NCBI GenBank assembly: GCA_965203295.1
Contig: CBDBCZ010000019.1
Location: 2,464,001-2,528,000 of the forward strand
Direction of reading: 5' to 3'
Source: Nitrospirales bacterium
GTDB lineage: Bacteria > Nitrospirota > Nitrospiria > Nitrospirales > UBA8639
DNA length: 64,000 nucleotides
Shown one piece after another: positions 62,591 to 64,000 of this stretch (position 1 is the stretch's first letter; the number at the start of each line of letters is the position of its first letter). The notes beneath the pieces are model-generated. The model had not been told where the DNA came from. It searched no databases and saw only the letters and a program-made list of their open reading frames with translations. The translations under genes and the position numbers were made by a program.

Positions 62591-62783
62591 TCATGTGCTG
62601 TTGCTCTTAAGCCAGATCGCCAGGTCTTTTTCATTCAGTTTTTTCCCGCAAGGGCAAACATGACTGCTGCGGCTTCTTCAGAAGAGCTATCAAGTTTTTG
62701 CCATTTCGTTCTGAGAAGATGCCGCCAATCACATATCCTGTTCGTTTATTTCTATCAACGAAAGGGTGGTTACGGACGATTCT
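62591..62783 (-). pseudogene. doc: Fic/Doc (death-on-curing) toxin 3' remnant
   Basis: Manual translation RIVRNHPFVDRNKRTGY...ERNG, then frameshifted EEAAAVMFALA and LNEKDLAIWL. The 5' half is absent. Confidence 0.75.
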
Positions 62784-62787
62784 ATGA

Positions 62788-62829
62788 AGGAAGGTCTAGG
62801 AGAATTCGATCATCCTCCTAGACCTTCCT
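62788..62829. repeat. Perfect 15-bp inverted repeat
   Basis: AGGAAGGTCTAGGAG-N12-CTCCTAGACCTTCCT. Confidence 0.8.
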
Positions 62830-63044
62830 GAAATGAAAATTCCGAAAAGATTTAATTCTTCGGCCAATACCCTTTGATGGAAGGTATTGGTCAATTTCGT
62901 GTGATGCTGGTATCACCACTGCGCAGAATCGCTGCCGTAGGGCAGCCCCTCCGCCCTTTGGGTGTCTTTGAACAATGGTCATATGAAAGTTCCGATGAAA
63001 ACAACGCTCACTCGCACCCAGCGCGCTGTTAGATTTCGGGGTCT

Positions 63045-64000
63045 TTATGAGACTGAATTTTGATTCGGAAGAGAGGCTCTATCGATTATTGATGAGACAT
63101 CTTGAAGACCAAGACGGTTAAGTTTTTTCCACAGAGTAACTCGACTCACTCCCAGTAGCTTGGCTGCTTCGGTCTTGCTTCCGTTTGTTTTTTGCAGCGC
63201 CTGTACAATTCGAGTGCGTTCCGATTCCTCTTCTGGCTTTAGTAATCGATGAGTTTTTTCCTTCTGCGGATTGACAGAAGGGACTCGTAACTCGGGCGGG
63301 AGATCCAAAAGGGTGAGGCAATCTCCACTCACGGTCACAAAACCATGTTCTATCGCATTTTTGAGTTCCCGAATATTCCCTGGCCAAAAATAATTCATGA
63401 GGTACTGCATGGCATCTTTGGCAATTTCCCTCACTGATCGTTTGTGGGTACTCGATGCCTCACGAATAAAATGGTTCACTAAGAGAGGGATATCCTCCCT
63501 TCTTTCTCGTAACGAAGGGAGTGTGATTTCAAAGACATGGATCCGATAATAAAAATCCTCGCGTATTTCTCCGCTTGCCAAGAGAGTTTTTAAATTTCGG
63601 TTGGTCGCTGTCACGAGACGGACATCAACTTTGATTCCGCAGTCATCGCCCACCCGACGTATCTCCCCTTCTTGCAGAACACGGAGGAGTTTGAGCTGAA
63701 GAAGTGGGCTCGTATCCCCAATTTCATCCAGAAAAAGAGTTCCCCCGTCTGCGGCCTGAAACACTCCGACCTTATCACGCACGGCCCCCGTAAAGGCCCC
63801 CTTGACGTGGCCAAACAACTCACTTTCCAGAAGCGTTTCGGGAATGGCTGAACAGTTGATAGCAAAAAATGGGTTCTCCTTCCTTGAACTTAAGGCATGA
63901 ATGGCCAGAGCCGCGAGTTCTTTTCCTGTTCCGGACTCTCCCGTCACTAAAACCGTCACCTCACTCTGGGCAGCCAATCTCAGACGATGAAAAACCTCTT
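63045..64000 (-). CDS. Sigma-54-dependent transcriptional regulator (5' end outside window)
   Basis: GESGTGKE, ESELFGHVKGAFTGA, FLDEIG, WPGNIREL, Fis HTH; frame open to the window edge. Confidence 0.93.
   Translation of the reverse strand, partial: EVFHRLRLAAQSEVTVLVTGESGTGKELAALAIHALSSRKENPFFAINCSAIPETLLESELFGHVKGAFTGAVRDKVGVFQAADGGTLFLDEIGDTSPLLQLKLLRVLQEGEIRRVGDDCGIKVDVRLVTATNRNLKTLLASGEIREDFYYRIHVFEITLPSLRERREDIPLLVNHFIREASSTHKRSVREIAKDAMQYLMNYFWPGNIRELKNAIEHGFVTVSGDCLTLLDLPPELRVPSVNPQKEKTHRLLKPEEESERTRIVQALQKTNGSKTEAAKLLGVSRVTLWKKLNRLGLQDVSSIIDRASLPNQNSVS

Overview
Bacterial chromosomal window, most likely Nitrospirales (Nitrospira-type NxrC, a 2M-type complex I operon, Nitrospira-like hypothetical genes). 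In order: a partial 5'-nucleotidase; an ergothioneine cluster (Egt1-like sulfoxide synthase, frameshifted betaine-type ABC importer, EgtD, PLP lyase); a CBS protein, an ftcD pseudogene and DsrE/TusA; nuoABCDGIJKLMMN; a PriA with degenerate helicase motifs. Next is a ~20-kb putative light-response island (30.4-50.5 kb). It holds a histidine kinase with both a NarX-like P-box sensor and a LOV domain, two receivers, a sigma-54 activator, and two sigma-54 promoters that share a TGAGAC-N8-GTCTCA motif. It also holds a photolyase stub cut by a Y1-transposase element with perfect 21-bp inverted ends, a periplasmic FGE/heme-c/cupredoxin/peroxidase run, and TIGR01777, YbgA, CarH/LitR-like, CbiX and FAD-oxidoreductase genes. 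The window ends with nxrC, lspA-ileS, a frameshifted nadA, TPP riboswitch-thiC, thi4, TPR, receiver-like and ygfZ genes, a Doc remnant and a partial sigma-54 regulator. A ~200-bp structured repeat occurs twice. Many genes carry stops, frameshifts or G:C->A:T changes at conserved residues. All family assignments come from motif recognition by eye; no searches were run.
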